64,000 bases of DNA from an uncultured Planctomycetaceae bacterium (GTDB taxonomy: Bacteria; Planctomycetota; Planctomycetia; Pirellulales; PALSA-1355). A program made the position numbers and the translations under genes. Positions 15,241-28,311 of the stretch are shown piece by piece. The stretch spans positions 2,144,001 to 2,208,000 of the forward strand of contig CAWAUV010000007.1 in the NCBI GenBank assembly GCA_963785305.1, given 5' to 3'. The stretch's first letter is position 1, and each line of letters starts with the position of its first letter. The notes beneath the pieces were generated by a model. The model saw nothing but the letters and a program-made list of their open reading frames with translations, did no database searches and was not told the DNA's origin.

Positions 15241-17449
15241 TCAGTCGATATTCAAGTCGATGATAAACCGATTCAGTTCCGTTTCGATCTTTTCCTTCTC
15301 GGCCGCGATCTTCTTCAGCTCGGGCTGAAGTTGCTCCAATTCGCTTTCCTGGGCATTGAGCTTGGTGACATACCGCTTGTAAAGATCGGAGTTGCGTTCG
15401 AGTTCGTTCATATTTTGACGAATGCGCGATTGCTGAGACTCGATGCCGCTGATCTCGTGCTGGACGACTTGCAGTTTTTCGACCAACCGCATGACCTCCG
15501 CTTGCTTGGTCAAATACTGCCCGATCGCGGCCTTCACCGCCGGACTGATCTCCTTCGCCGATAGGTAAATACTCGCAACTCCGGCGTCGATCATCGCCGC
15601 GATGCCGACACTCTCCGAAACAATCGTCTCCTCGACCACTTGCAAATGGACCGGCTTGCCCGGCGGGGCGTCGACGGCAAATCGATAGATACCGCCGGTT
15701 TTTTCCGTGGCCTCGGGCGATTTCAATAGCCAAGTGGTTTCGATCGGATGTTCGATGAGCACTTTCTTGACATGGTCCGAGGAGTTCTTCACGGTGTAAT
15801 CGTGTTCGCGCGCCTCGCGGCGTCGCACTTCGAGCACTCCGCGTGTAAAGCGCCCATCGACCAATGTTCGCGGGCGCGTGTCGATGCTCGCCGACACCTC
15901 GACATCGAGATCGAGCGCGTAGCTCACCAGCCGCCGCGAGCCCGGCGCGAGGTCTTCGATTCGCGCGTCGCCGGCGTATTCGCCGCCATCGAACACGGTG
16001 AGCGGTCCTTGCATCAAATGCAGCTTGGTGGCGTTCACGAGTTGCACCGCGTTGAGCGGATGGCGAGCTTGCACATTGCGGTTGTAGAGCGATACTTTTT
16101 CGCAGTGGATCGAATCGTTCACGATCGGCAGCATCGCCGAACCCTGCCGCGAAATGGACACCGGCTCCTCGATTTGATAGCGAAACAATTCGCCGAGCGC
16201 GACGCCCTGGGCGACGGGCTGAATTCCCGCCCCGGGATCGAGGGGCTTGGCGGCCGAGGCAACATTGGGTTTCTCCCCAGCGCCCGCATTGGCCGGGCCA
16301 GCCATGTTGCCGCCCATGCCGCCAGCCATTCCACCGCGCATGCCACCGCCCATGCCACCCATGCCACCGAAAGCGCCTTGGCGTGGCGCGTTCGCCGCAC
16401 GGCGAAATTGTTCTTCCATTGCCGCCAGGTCTTGTGCATGGAGTTGCGGTCGCAACCCGGGAAAAAGCTCCGGCCGCACGGTTGGCCGCTCGACATACAG
16501 CGGCCGATAAAGGTCCATCTTAAACGAGATCGGGCGGCCGTTGACCAGGGTCAGCCGCACATCGCTCCAATCGTGTTCGGTCGTGTTCTCGACGATCGCC
16601 CAACCTTGCAAGAGCGCTTCATCCTTGGGCCGCAGCACGAGACGATAGCTCGTTTTCCAGACCGGCGATTCCTGGATATAACCGACGCGAACCGGCCGCC
16701 GCCCCGCGCCGGAGAAGTTGAGAGTCACGGTTTTCTTGTCGCGATTGTGCCGCTCGGCCAAGAGCGCTACGCGCCTCTTGCAGTTCGCCGTTGAGCTTCT
16801 CGCTCGAAAGCTGGAGCTCGCTCACGCTCTCCAAGAGCACGCTGCGCATGCCGGTGGCGGTGGCCAGATTCAAATAGTCGACGACAATGGGCTCTTTGCC
16901 CACGCTCGCTTGGGCCCGTCGCTCGACGCCAAGGATTTTTCCCGTCACCGGGCCCGATGGTAGTTCAACCCGCACCGATTCGCCGCGGACCTGATGCAGC
17001 AGGTCGCCCAGCGTGGGGTTGGTCGTGAGGTCGATCGAGAGCGATCGCAAGCTCTTGGCGATCGGGTCGCGCGAGCTGAAATCGATGGTCGAGATGTGGC
17101 CGCCGCCGGTGTCTTCGAGCACCAAACTCTTGAGCAGATCGTTGATGTCGTCGGCATGGAATCGCAATTCGAGCTGTGCGTCGCCTTCGACATGGCCCGA
17201 GCGCTCGTAGTACCCGACGCCCGAAGTGAAGAGCACGACACGCTGGAGCGCGAGATCGGCGGACTTCTTGTTTTTGTCCCGCGGGACCGCGGCGACGGGC
17301 GCCTTGGCGGGGGCCTGTGCGTCGGACGCCGCGGCGAGCGCAGCCCCGGGAACGGGATCCGCGGCGATGGCCGACCGAGCGACGCCAAGCGTCAGCCCCA
17401 GACCAACGATAAGACCCACGAGCGCGCGGCGATATAGACACGCAACCAT
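15241..17449 (-). CDS. DUF4139/DUF4140-type exported protein; frameshift near 16770
   Basis: RVVLFTSGVGY.ER, INDLLKSL, PVWKTSYRL, LQGWAIVEN...DW..V.L.LV.GRPISF, C-terminal coiled coil, GGM-rich insert. Confidence 0.85.
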
Positions 17450-17663
17450 GGCAATGCCTCCACGAGAATGGGGAAGAAGACGGGGAGCCTCTGTTCCGAG
17501 GAGAGGCGAATCGACGAGACAGGGTCGATTCTAGCACTTCGCCGGAACGAATGGCGCCAAGGGCCGTCAAATAAATCGCAAAACGCGGGACGGCGCCGAA
17601 CCGGAGATTTTTGCCCGACCGCGAAGATCGCGCCGGCAAATCGGCCTTGGCACGCTCGCGAGA

Positions 17664-20600
17664 CTAAACCGCCGCTTTTCGCCGAACGCGCCGGAGTTGC
17701 CGCACAGCGAGGGCGCCAACAGCCAAGGCCACCAGGGCCAGGGTGCTCGGCTCCGGCACGGAGCTGATCGTCACCACCACATCGGCGCCCGAGCCGGTGG
17801 CGCCTTGGCCATAGGAGAGCGTGGCGAGCATTCCATTAGGCACGCCGGTGATCGTGGGGTTAAACGTGCCGTTGGTCGTCGTGGGGTCGATCAGCAAGAA
17901 GCTCAAGGCGCCATTGGAAAGATTAAGCCCCGCGAGGCCGCTGAGGGCCAGAGTGGCGCCGGCGCCGTTTCCGCCCACGCCGTCGAGATTCACCGTGGCG
18001 GTGGTGGCGGCCAAGTAGTCGCCCTTGAGCCCGCTATCGGACATGCCCGGCGCCCAGCCGGTGACGCCGGTGACGTTGGCCAACGTGGCTTCGAAGGTCG
18101 AGGTCGGGGCCAGGGTCACGCTGCCGGTGGTCGAGAGCGCCAGCGGCGAGGCGGTCGCGCCGTTGCTGCCGTAGCCGGGCATCAAAGCGCCGCCGGCGCC
18201 AATGGTCACGGAGCTGGCGCCCAGATAGATCGAGCCGGTTCCGCCCAGCGTGCCCGTTCCGCTCGTGGCGGCCACGGTATAGGCGCCGACGGTCGATGAG
18301 GTCGAGCCTTGAGTTCCGTCGACGAACAATGTGCCGGCCGTGACACTCGTGGCGCCGGTGTAGGTGTTGGCGCCCGAGAGGATCGTGGCGCCCGCGCCCG
18401 ATTGGACAAAGGCGCCGGCGCCGCTGATTACGCCGCCGAGCGTGTTCGTGAGGCCCGCGCCCTCGGCGCCGGCCACCGTGCCGCTTGATACCGTGATCGC
18501 GCTGGCGAAGGTCGAGCCGTTGGCTTGGTCAAAAGCGAGCGTGCCGCCGGAGACGCTCACGCCGATCGAATTGTTGATCGACCCACTCACGCCGTTGCCG
18601 ACGATCAATGTGCCGCCTTGCACACTCGTGGGTCCGTGATACGTATTGGCGCCGGTAAGGGTCCAGGTGGCGGCGCCGCCGACCGTGACGCGGGTATCGC
18701 CGTTGCCGACTCCCGTGTACCCCGAGCTATCGGAGATCACGCCATTGATCGCATTGCCGGTGCTGGTGTTTGCTCCGCTCAGGGTGAGCGTGTCATAGTG
18801 TCCGGTGAAAGAGGTTTCCTGATTCGTGACGGGCCCGTTGATGATGACCGAAGTAGCCGAAGGATAGACGCGGTTCCCTGGCCGGTATTGCCGCTCAAAT
18901 TCAGGCCGGTGAAGCTGATCGAGTAGCCGTTGGCCCCATTGAAATTGAAAGTGCTGACGTATGCGTTGGCGGGCGTGCCATTGCCGAGCACGCCAAGGGC
19001 CAGGGTGTTGCCGGTATTGGCCCCGTTGTTGGCGACATTAATCGTCGCCGTGGCCGACGAGGCGAGCGTGATATTATTGCCCAGGGCAATCGTTCCGTTG
19101 CTGCCAGCGCCGCTGTCGTGGATCGTGAGCGAGTCGGAATTCATCGTGATGGCCGTGCCGCTGGGTAGAGCGCTGTTGCCATAGAAGGCAAGTGCGCCGG
19201 CGGCGATCGTCGTGGGCCCGGAATAGGTATTCGAGCCGGAAAGAATCGTCGTGCCGGCGCCCGATTGAGTGAAACCGCCGGAGCCGGAGATCGGGCCACC
19301 GAGCGTGACCGTTGTTCCCGAGCCGGCGATGGCGCTGATCGCGCCGGAGTTTGCAATCGAACTTCCCAGGGTGGCGCCCGTGGCGAGGTCCAACGTCAGG
19401 TTGGCGCCCAAGGCGATGGCGATTGGACTGCTGGCGTTGATCGAGCCGGTGGTCCCGTTGCCGATTTGCAATGTGCCGCCGGTGACGTTCGTGGCGCCCG
19501 TGTAGGTGTTCGCGGCGGTGAGAATCGTGGTTCCGGCGCCGGCGAAAAGCAAGTTCACGGAACCGCTCATGTTGTCGACGATCGGCGTGGCGATGGTGAG
19601 CGAACCGCCGGTGGTGGAGTTGAGCTGGTTGATGGTCAACTGACCGACGCCGCTGGTGAGGCTGGTTCCGCCGGTGATCGTCGAGGCGTTGGCGCCCACG
19701 GCGCTGGTCACCAGAATGCCGCCGCCGGCGATGCTGTATGCGCCGTTGAGCGTCGTGGTGACAGCGGCCGCGTTGTTGAACCGGAGCGAGTCGATCGCGG
19801 TGTTCGAGAAGGTTCCGGAAATGCCCGCGGGATCGAAGTCCGTGGCGCTGGCGGCGGTCGTGTAGTTCGAACCGAAAGTCGAGATGGCGGTAATGGCGCC
19901 AGCCACGCTTCCGGTTCCGGCCGAGGTGGCGAAGCTGGTTCCATTCACCGTGGCCCAGCCGCCCAGGATATTGCTACCCGGCGCGTTGGCGGTGGTGGTG
20001 GTGATTGTGCCGGTCGAGGAGAAGTTCGCGGCTAGCCCCGATGTTCCGCGTGATCGCGCCCAGGTTGAGCGTGTCGCCGGCGGCGGCTGAAATCGAACTC
20101 GCGCCGAGGCCGAGCGTGGCCCCACCGAGGTTGAGCGCCGCGGCGACGGTGGGAGCATAGTTAAATCCGCCGCCCGCTACCGTGAGCGGGCCAGTGAAGG
20201 CGGGATCGGCGTTCGTAAGCGTGAGGGTCGAACCGCCGCTTTGAACAAGGCCGGTGACGCTCGAGCCGATGGGGCCGCTGATCGTGGTCACGCCGGCCGA
20301 GCCCGAGTTGATGATCTGGCCGATATTATTCACCCCGCCGGAGATGAGCACATTGGCCGCGGCGGCGCTGGTTTGAATCGTGAGATTGCCGGCGGAGTTG
20401 GCCACATTGCTCGACACGGTGAAGAGGGCCGAGCCGCTGTCGGCCAGGGTCGTGCCGGCGGTGTTCACGGTCAGGCCGCCACTGAGCGTGAGCGGGTTGG
20501 TGTTGCTCGCCTGGGTGATCATGGTCACGCCGGAGCCCACCGGGCCGGTGATTTGATTGGTTCCGGTATTAGCCGAGCCGCCCGCGCCGCCGCCGCCGGC

Positions 20601-23600
20601 GTAAGCGGCGTTGTTGAATGTGATTGTGCCGCTTGTCGTCAGGCCGGTTCCGCCGATCACGACATAGTTATTCACGTTGCCGGCGCCCGTGCTCTGATTG
20701 CCGATCGAGACCGTGATATTGCCGGAGCCGGTGATGCCGCCGTTGAATGTGAAAAAACTACCGGCATTGTTGTTCGAGCCGATGATCAGGTTCGAACTGT
20801 TCAAGGTCAGTGGCGCCGAGAACACGGGATTCCAGCTTGTCGCGCTCAGAATATTCGTGCCGGCGCCGCTCACGGAGATCGCATTCGTGAAGGTGGGGAA
20901 GCTGGCCGCGCCATTGAAGTTGAGAATTGCGGTGGCGCCGCTGCCGGCTTCAATTTGAACGGGCCCAGTTCCCAGGCCGCTGACAGAGGCGGTCGTGGCG
21001 ATTTCGACCTCGCCCGAGAGGACATTGATGCCGCCGGTGAATGTATTGGCGGCGGTGAGAATGGTCGTGCCGCTGCCCATTTGCGTCAGGCTACCGGAGC
21101 CGCTGATGGCGCCCGCGATGGTGTTGTTGCTCGACGAATTGAAGTCGAGCACGGCGCCCGCCGCGACGGCCACGGGGCCGGTCGAGGCAATCGTTCCGGC
21201 GCCCGCGATTTCGAGCATGCCTCCACCGATGCTCGTGGCGCCGGTGTAGGTGTTGGCGGCGGTGAGAATCGTGGTTCCACTGCCGGCGGTCGCCAGACCG
21301 ATCGCGCCGGTGATCGGCGTGGCGATGGTGAGCGCGCCGCTGGGATTGAACTGGTTGATGGTGAGCTGCGCGGTTCCGGTGGTGAGGCTGGTTCCGCCGG
21401 TGATCGTCGAAGCATTGGCGCCCGCGGCGCTGGTGACCAAGATGCCGCCATTGGTGATCGAATAGGCGCCATTAAGCGTGGCGGTGACGGCGGCGGAGTT
21501 GTTGAATCGGAGCGTGTCGACCGCGCTATTGGTGAATGTTCCGCTTTGACCGTTGGCGTCGAAGTCGGTCGTGCTCGTGGCGGTGGCGTAGTTCAAACCA
21601 TAGGTCGCCAGAGCGGAGATGGCGCCAGCCGTGGTTCCATTTCCGGCCGAGGTGGCCCAATTCGTTCCGCCCACGGTGGCCCAACCGCCGAGGATGCCGC
21701 TGCCGGCGGCGTTCGCTGTGATAGTGGTGACGGTTCCCGAGCCGGTGACATTGAGCGCACCGCCGACGTTTTGCGTAATCGGGCCCAAGGCCAAGGTCGA
21801 ACCCGCAGTGACGGAGAGGGTCGCTCCCCCGGGATTCAATGTAAGGCCGCCGAGCGTTTGCGTGGAATTCGCCACGCTCGGCGCATAAGCCAAGGTGCTG
21901 GAGCCGCCCATGCTCACAAGATTGCCGCTCGCGAGCGACCCGGTGAGGTCGAGCGTGCCCTGGGCCAGGGTCGTCGCGCCGGTGTAGGCCTCGGCCACCG
22001 AGAAAACGCTCGTGCCCGCGCCCGATTGCGTGAATCCGCCCGCGCCGGAGATCACTCCGTTGAAGGTCGTGGTGGCGCCGGCGATTTCGGCGGCGATCAG
22101 CGCGCCGGCATTGGCGATCGCGCCGCCAAATGCCGAACCATTGGGCATTTCGAAAATGAGCGTGGCGCCGGAGGAGATTGAAACTCCGCTCGAACTGCCA
22201 ATGGCGCCGCTTGTTCCATTGCCGATTTGGAGCGAGCCGCTGGCGACGCTAATGGCGCCGTTGAATGTGTCGGCGCCGGTCCAGATCGACGTGCCGGAAC
22301 CCGACTGGGTGAAACTGCCCCCGCCGCTGATGACGCCGCTGAATGTGGTGGTGGCGCCGCTGACTTGGCTCGCGTTGAACACGCCGCCATCGGCGATGGT
22401 GTTGGCAAACGTGGCGGCGCCGGGCAAGTTCAAGACGACCGTTCCGGTCCCGGAGGTCGACACCGCGGAGCTTCCGCTGATCGAGCCGGTCGTGCCACTT
22501 CCGATATAAAGCGCACCGCTCGTGACGCTCGTGGCGCCGGTGTAGGTGTTGGCGCCGGTGAGCGTGAAGGTCGCGCCGCTAACGGTGAGCGAAGTGCCGC
22601 CGGCCGCGGCGCCGTCTTGGATCACGCCGGTGAAGGTCGTGCCGCCGCTCGTAAGGATAAGCACGCCAGGCGTGGTCGAACTGTTCGTCACCGTGCCGCC
22701 GCCACTGAAATTGGGCACTTGCTCGGTTTGACCATTGAGGTCCATCGTGCCGTTCATGTTGGCGACGGCGCCGCCGCCGAAAATCTGATACTGACCCGTT
22801 CCGGAGAACTGCAAGGTGGCCCCGGCGGCGACGCTCAGAATTTGATCGGCGCCATGCACGCCGCCGGTCGATGCCTTGTCGAGCACGAGCGTGCCGCCCA
22901 ACACATTCCAATTTCCGTAGCTATTGTCCGTGCTTCCAGCGGTGGCAAGCGTGCCGGCGCCGGTTTTGTTGAGCATTAAATTACTATTGGAAGTCACGCC
23001 TCCGTTGGCGCCGTTGAGCGTGAGGGTTTGCCCGGCGGTCTGCACATCGATCGCGTAGCCCGTCGTATTGCCGCCGGTGCTGCTGAAGCCGTTGGTTAGG
23101 GTGGCCGTGGAGCCGGTATAGAGCAGCGTTCCGCCGGCGAGATTGACATTTCCGGCGCCCAGGGCCGAGGCGCCGCCGAAGCTCAAGGTTCCGCCGGTGA
23201 GCGTCGTGCCGCCGGAGTAGGAGTTGGCGCCGCCGAGGGTGGCGGTTCCCGTAAAGCCGCTTCCCAACGTGAGCGAACCGGCGCCGGAGATCGCGGAGTT
23301 GAATGTCAGATTGCCCGCGCCAGCCAGGGTCAGGCCGCCGCTATTTGCGATCGCGAGGCTCGAGGCGAATGTGGTCGCGGCGTTGGTATTGTTGTCGGTG
23401 ATGGTCGACGCGGCCGAGAAGGTGAGCGTGGGGCTCGACGAGCCGGCGATCGTATAGGCCCCGGCCGTGGCGCCGGCGCCGCCATCGTAGGGCGCGTTGA
23501 AGGTGATATTGCCGGCCGAGGTCGAGCCATTGAGCGTGATCGTGCCCGCAGCGCCGATCGATGTCGCCGCGTTGTTGCCGATGATCAGATTGCTGCCCGA

Positions 23601-23821
23601 CGAATAGGCGACGTCACTGGCGCCGTTGTACCAGTTCGTCGCGCTTCCGGGCGTGATATCCCAGGTTCCGCTGCCATCGGAGCCGGCCGCGCCTTTCGTG
23701 GACGGATCCCAAGTGAGCGTTTGGCGCGGCCGAGCGCGCCGCCGAGCGCGAGCATCACGAGAAGCATGATCGCCGGCTGGCGGATCGATGTTGAAAATCG
23801 TAAACGTGAGAATCGATTCAT
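17664..23821 (-). CDS. giant PEP-CTERM protein 1 with autotransporter-associated beta-strand repeats (about 2050 aa; frameshifts near 23723, 20030 and 18870)
   Basis: Signal peptide, many G.GT.IL..ANTYTGAT.V..GTL repeats, C-terminal VPEPSTLALVALAVGALAVRQLRRVRRK. No beta-barrel. Confidence 0.88.
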
Positions 23822-23876
23822 TGGCTTTAAGATAATCAAAAGAGCCTGGGTCTTCGCGCACTCGAAATCGCGATGG
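23330..23876. repeat. copy A of a direct repeat of about 550 bp (5' UTR plus N-terminus of PEP-CTERM gene 1)
   Basis: Matches 27400-27926. Near-identical over about 23500-23690 vs 27550-27740 and 23821-23876 vs 27871-27926 (offset 4050). Confidence 0.9.
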
Positions 23877-23892
23877 AAATGCCGACCAGCGT

Positions 23893-26800
23893 CTAAATCG
23901 CAGCTTTTCGCCGACGGCGGCGGATCTGCCGCGCGGCGAGAGCGCCAACAGCCAGAGCCGCGAGCGTCAGCGTGCTTGGCTCGGGCACGATGGTCAGCAC
24001 CACGTCGGCGCCCGATATTCCGTTGTTATAGGTCACCACATAGGGCATGCCATTGATCGTGCCGGTGCTGCTGGCGAATGCGCCGCTGAGTTTCGTGGGA
24101 TCGATCAGCAAAAAGCTTTCGCCGACGGTGAGCGTGCCCGTGGCCGACACGACCAGCGTGGCGCCATTGAGGCTGACGCCGCCGTTGGGCACGTTGAGAT
24201 AGAGCGACGTGGATGGGAGCGTGGCGCCGGTATAGCCGGTGGCGCCGGTCAGGTTGACGTCGAAAAACGAACCGGTCGCCAGGGTGACGATGCTATTGTT
24301 CGTTGTCGTGCTCGGCACATTGGATGGGTTGACGGTCAAACCTTGCTCAAGCGTCGTGGCCGCGTTATTCGGGTTGTAGCCGGGAACGAAGATGCCTCCG
24401 GCGCTCACGCCGAGCGTGTTCGTGGTGGCGGCGAAGTCGATTGTTCCCGTGCCGCCCAAAGTGGCGCCGCTGGCGACGGAGTAGTTGCCGGCGCCTTGCC
24501 CGTTGCGCCATGCGTGCCGTTCATCAGCAACGAGCCGTTGCTTAAGGTCGTGAGACCGGTGTAGGTGTTGGCGCCGCCGAGCACGAGTTGACCGGAGCCT
24601 GAATAGGTTAGGTTGCTCGAGGCCGTGGCGGTTCCGTTGAAGTCGGCGATGGCGCCGCTAACGGTCGCCCCGCCGGAGCCGTTGAGCGTGAGCGTTTCGG
24701 TCGTGGTGGCGGAGTTCGACAAATAGACGGGGCCGGCCAAGGTGAGCGTGGCGCCGCTGGTTCCGCTCACCGTGAGCGTCTGGCCCGCCGTGCCATTGCC
24801 GTTGGTCAGGCTGCCACTGATGATCAGGCTATTCGGGCCGCCGAAGACATTGGCGTAGTTGCCAGCCCAGGCGAAATTGTTGGCGAGCGTCAAGCCGGGC
24901 GTGGTCGCCTCGAGCGTGCTCGTGCCATCGAACAAAACGCTTCCGGAGCCGAAGGCCGAGCTATTGTTGAATTCATTGATCGTGCCACCCCCGCCGCCAA
25001 GCCGCGTGGCGCCGGAGTAGGTATTCGCGCCATTCAGCTCGATCACCGCGCCGCTGCTACCGTTGTTGTATAGATTCAGGCCGCCAGAGCCAGACACCGC
25101 GGCGTTGATCGTGATGTTTGCCGAAGTCCCGCTAGTTTGAAGCGTCAACGTATTCGTCCCGAGGCTCATGCCGCCGGTGACCGTCAAGGGCGCGGTGCTG
25201 TTGTTCGTCCAGGTAGGGCCCGCGAGGATTTGAGTAACGCCGCTTAGTGTCACGGGGCCGGCGCCGGAGTTGATATTCAGAGCCGAGGCCGAGCTACTGA
25301 AATTCGTAATCGATGTGGCGCCGCTATCGCTCACGGTCAGAATGCCCGAACCGCTGAGATTATCGACCGCCGTGGGGCCCGAGCCCGCGATGGTGAGCGC
25401 GAAAGCGCCGCCGTTCACCGCGGAGCCGGCGCCGCCGACGGTCAATAGGTTACTGCCGTGGTTGGTCCAGGTTTGGGCCGCGCCCAGGGTCACGTTCGAG
25501 CCGATCGTGCTGGCCGGCACGCCCGTGTTCATGGTAATGCCGGTCGACGACGACGTGGGCGTGATGGTGAGTGTGTTGCCATCGGCATTCAGGCCCAAGC
25601 CATTGACCGTATCGGCGATCGTCAGGTTATTGATCGTCATGTTCGCGCCCAACACGGTGCTGGTGGGCGGGGTCGTGACCGTGGAGCTCGAGATCGTCAC
25701 CGAGGCCCCCGCGCCGGGCGTCAAGGGCTGGCTCGCGCCGCCGGAAGTGGCCACCCAGTTGCTTTGAGTCGAGCCGTTGGAAGCGGCCCAGACGTTCGTC
25801 TCTCCGGTCAAGCCGCCGGTCCAGTAGGCGGTGGTCAGGGCCGTCGCCGCCGTCTCCGTGACCTGCACGCTCGTGCCGCTGTTGGTGTTGACGGTGTAGG
25901 TGAAGTTCGTGGGGTTCACGATCATGTAGTTCGAAGCCGAGCCCAAGCCGCCGTTGGCGTCGGTCAGCATCGTGTAAGTAGTGCCCATGGTGGGGCTGGC
26001 GAGGCTAAGGCTCACAATGCCCGACACACTCGCGGCGGCGTTCACATTGATCACGGAACTGGTCGACGCGTTCAGGGACACGCCGATCGTGCTGCCGTTG
26101 GAAGCGGTGAGGGCCGCCAACGTCGTCGTGGCGCCAATGGTGGCGGGCTGATAATTGAACGCGCCGCCCGAGGCGATCGTCAGGCCGCTGCTGGTCGCAA
26201 TCGACCCCGCGCCGCCGATGGTCAGCGTGCCCGCGCTCACGGTTGTCGGGCCGGTGTAGGTGTTGATGCCCGAGAGGGTGAGGGCCGCGGTGCTCAAGCT
26301 TCCCAGCGTGAAGCCGCCGGTTCCGGCGATCACGCCTTGATAGGTTCCGGCCGTGGTTTGATTCACGGTCAGGAGTTGGCCGCTGTTGTTGATCGTGGCG
26401 GTGTTCGCGCCGCTGCTGGGCGTGGCGATCGTTCCGCTCAGCGAGCCGACCGTGGTGGGAGCGCTGCCGTAGAGATTGAGCGTCGAGGACACGCCCGCGC
26501 CGGTGTTGCTATTGTTGACGGTGAGCGAGCCGGTGGACGCGCCAAGCGCCGAGGCGCTATTGGCATTGAGAACACTGTTGCCGACCACCGTGCCGCCGAC
26601 GTTGTTGGTGATGGTGTCGATCGTCGTGCCGCCGGTGTAGGTGTTGGCGCCGCTCAGCGTGGCCGTCGCGGCGAGGACTTGCACGGCCATCGTGCCCGCG
26701 CCGTTTTGAATCGTGCCGCTGAACGTCGAGGCGGCGTTTGTCAGTTCGATGACGCCGGGCGTGGTCGAGGTATTGGTAATGGTTCCACTGCCGGTGAGGC

Positions 26801-27871
26801 CCGGAACCGCCTCGGTCTGGCCGTTCAAGTCGGTCGTGCCATTCATGCTGGCGAGCCCGCCGCCGAAGTAGATCTGGTCCGTGCCCGAGCCGGCGAACTG
26901 CACCGTGGCGCCGGCGCTGACGTTCGTGATTTTGTCCACGGAATGCGTGCCGGTGCTTGAAGACTTGGCAAGCACGAATGTTCCACTCTCGACGTTGAAC
27001 ATGCCGAAGCCGTTGTCGCTGGTTCCAGTGGTTGTCAGCGTGCCCGGGCCGGTGAGGTTAATGGAGCCGCCGTTGGTGCCGATTGTGTTGTTGATCGTGT
27101 AATTCGTGCTCGCGGCGATGTGAATCGTGCCGACGCCTGACGTATCTTGGAATGAATTGGCCACCGTGCCCGAGGCGCCGGTGTAGTTGAATACGCCGCC
27201 CTGAAGGTTCACCGTGCCCGAACCGATGGAAGCGAGCGAACTGACAGTCAAGGTGGCGTTGGTCGAGAGGTTGATGCCTCCCGAGAACGTGTTGGCGCCG
27301 GCGAGCGTGGCGGATGTCGCATAGGCGGCTCCCAGCGTGAACGAACCCGAGCCGGAGATCGGCGAATTGAAAATCAGGTTGCCGGCGCCGGTCACGTTTA
27401 AACCGCCGCCATCGACGATCGCGAGGCTCGACGCGAACGTGGTGGACGCATAGGGGTTGCTGTCGGTGATGGTCGAGGCGGTCGAGAAGGTGAGCGTGGG
27501 GCTCGACGAGCCGGCGATCGTATAGGCCCCGCCGCCATTCGGCGCATAGAAGGTGATGTTGCCGGCCGAGGTCGAGCCGTTGAGCGTGATCGTGCCCGCG
27601 GCGCCGATCGATGTCGCCGCGTTGTTGCCGATGATCAGATTGCTGCCCGACGAATAGGCGACGTCACTGGCGCCGTTGTACCAGTTCGTCGCGCTTCCGG
27701 GCGTGATATCCCAGGTTCCGCTGCCATCGGAACCGTTGGCGCCCGCGGCGGCCGGGTCCCAGGTAAGCGTTTGGGCGCGGCCAGCGCGCCGCCGAGCGCG
27801 AGCATCACGAGAAGCGTTATCGCCGGCTGGCGGAACGATGTTGAATATCGTGGATGTAAGAATCGATTCAT
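23893..27871 (-). CDS. giant PEP-CTERM protein 2 with autotransporter-associated beta-strand repeats (about 1325 aa; frameshifts near 27783 and 24495)
   Basis: Same leader as protein 1, NTY.G.T repeats, C-terminal VPEPSTLTLAALAVGALAARQIRRRRRK. Confidence 0.88.
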
Positions 27872-27926
27872 TGGCCTAAAGATAATCAAAAGAGCCTGGG
27901 TCTTCGCGCACTGGAAATCGCGATGG
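27400..27926. repeat. copy B of the direct repeat (5' UTR plus N-terminus of PEP-CTERM gene 2)
   Basis: See copy A. Confidence 0.9.
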
Positions 27927-28311
27927 ATCGTTTACGTAATGGCCTAAAAATGACTTGTTGATTTGTTCGCCGCCCTGCACGCGTCGCCTCCAGTGCGGAG
28001 CTGGCCGATTATGCCGACTCTATTGATCCTAATTACGATAAGATGTAACGGCAATGAGGTTTTGCGCAGCGCCGCTTAAGCTAATTAACCAACATAAAAC
28101 CAGAAATTCGTCTTGGTTTTCCGTGTTTATGCGTCTGGCCGAGCTCGGGGGAAATGGGGTTCGCGATGTGCCGCGTTGCATATTGCGCAGCCCCCTCTTT
28201 CGGCTGAGTCTCCTCCCCACGTAACGAGCCGCGGAATCGAGCCGTGAAACGCGGCGTGTCGGCGTCCCTGGGTCCCCGTCGCCAAACGCGCCGACCGGCG
28301 GCGTTACCTGT

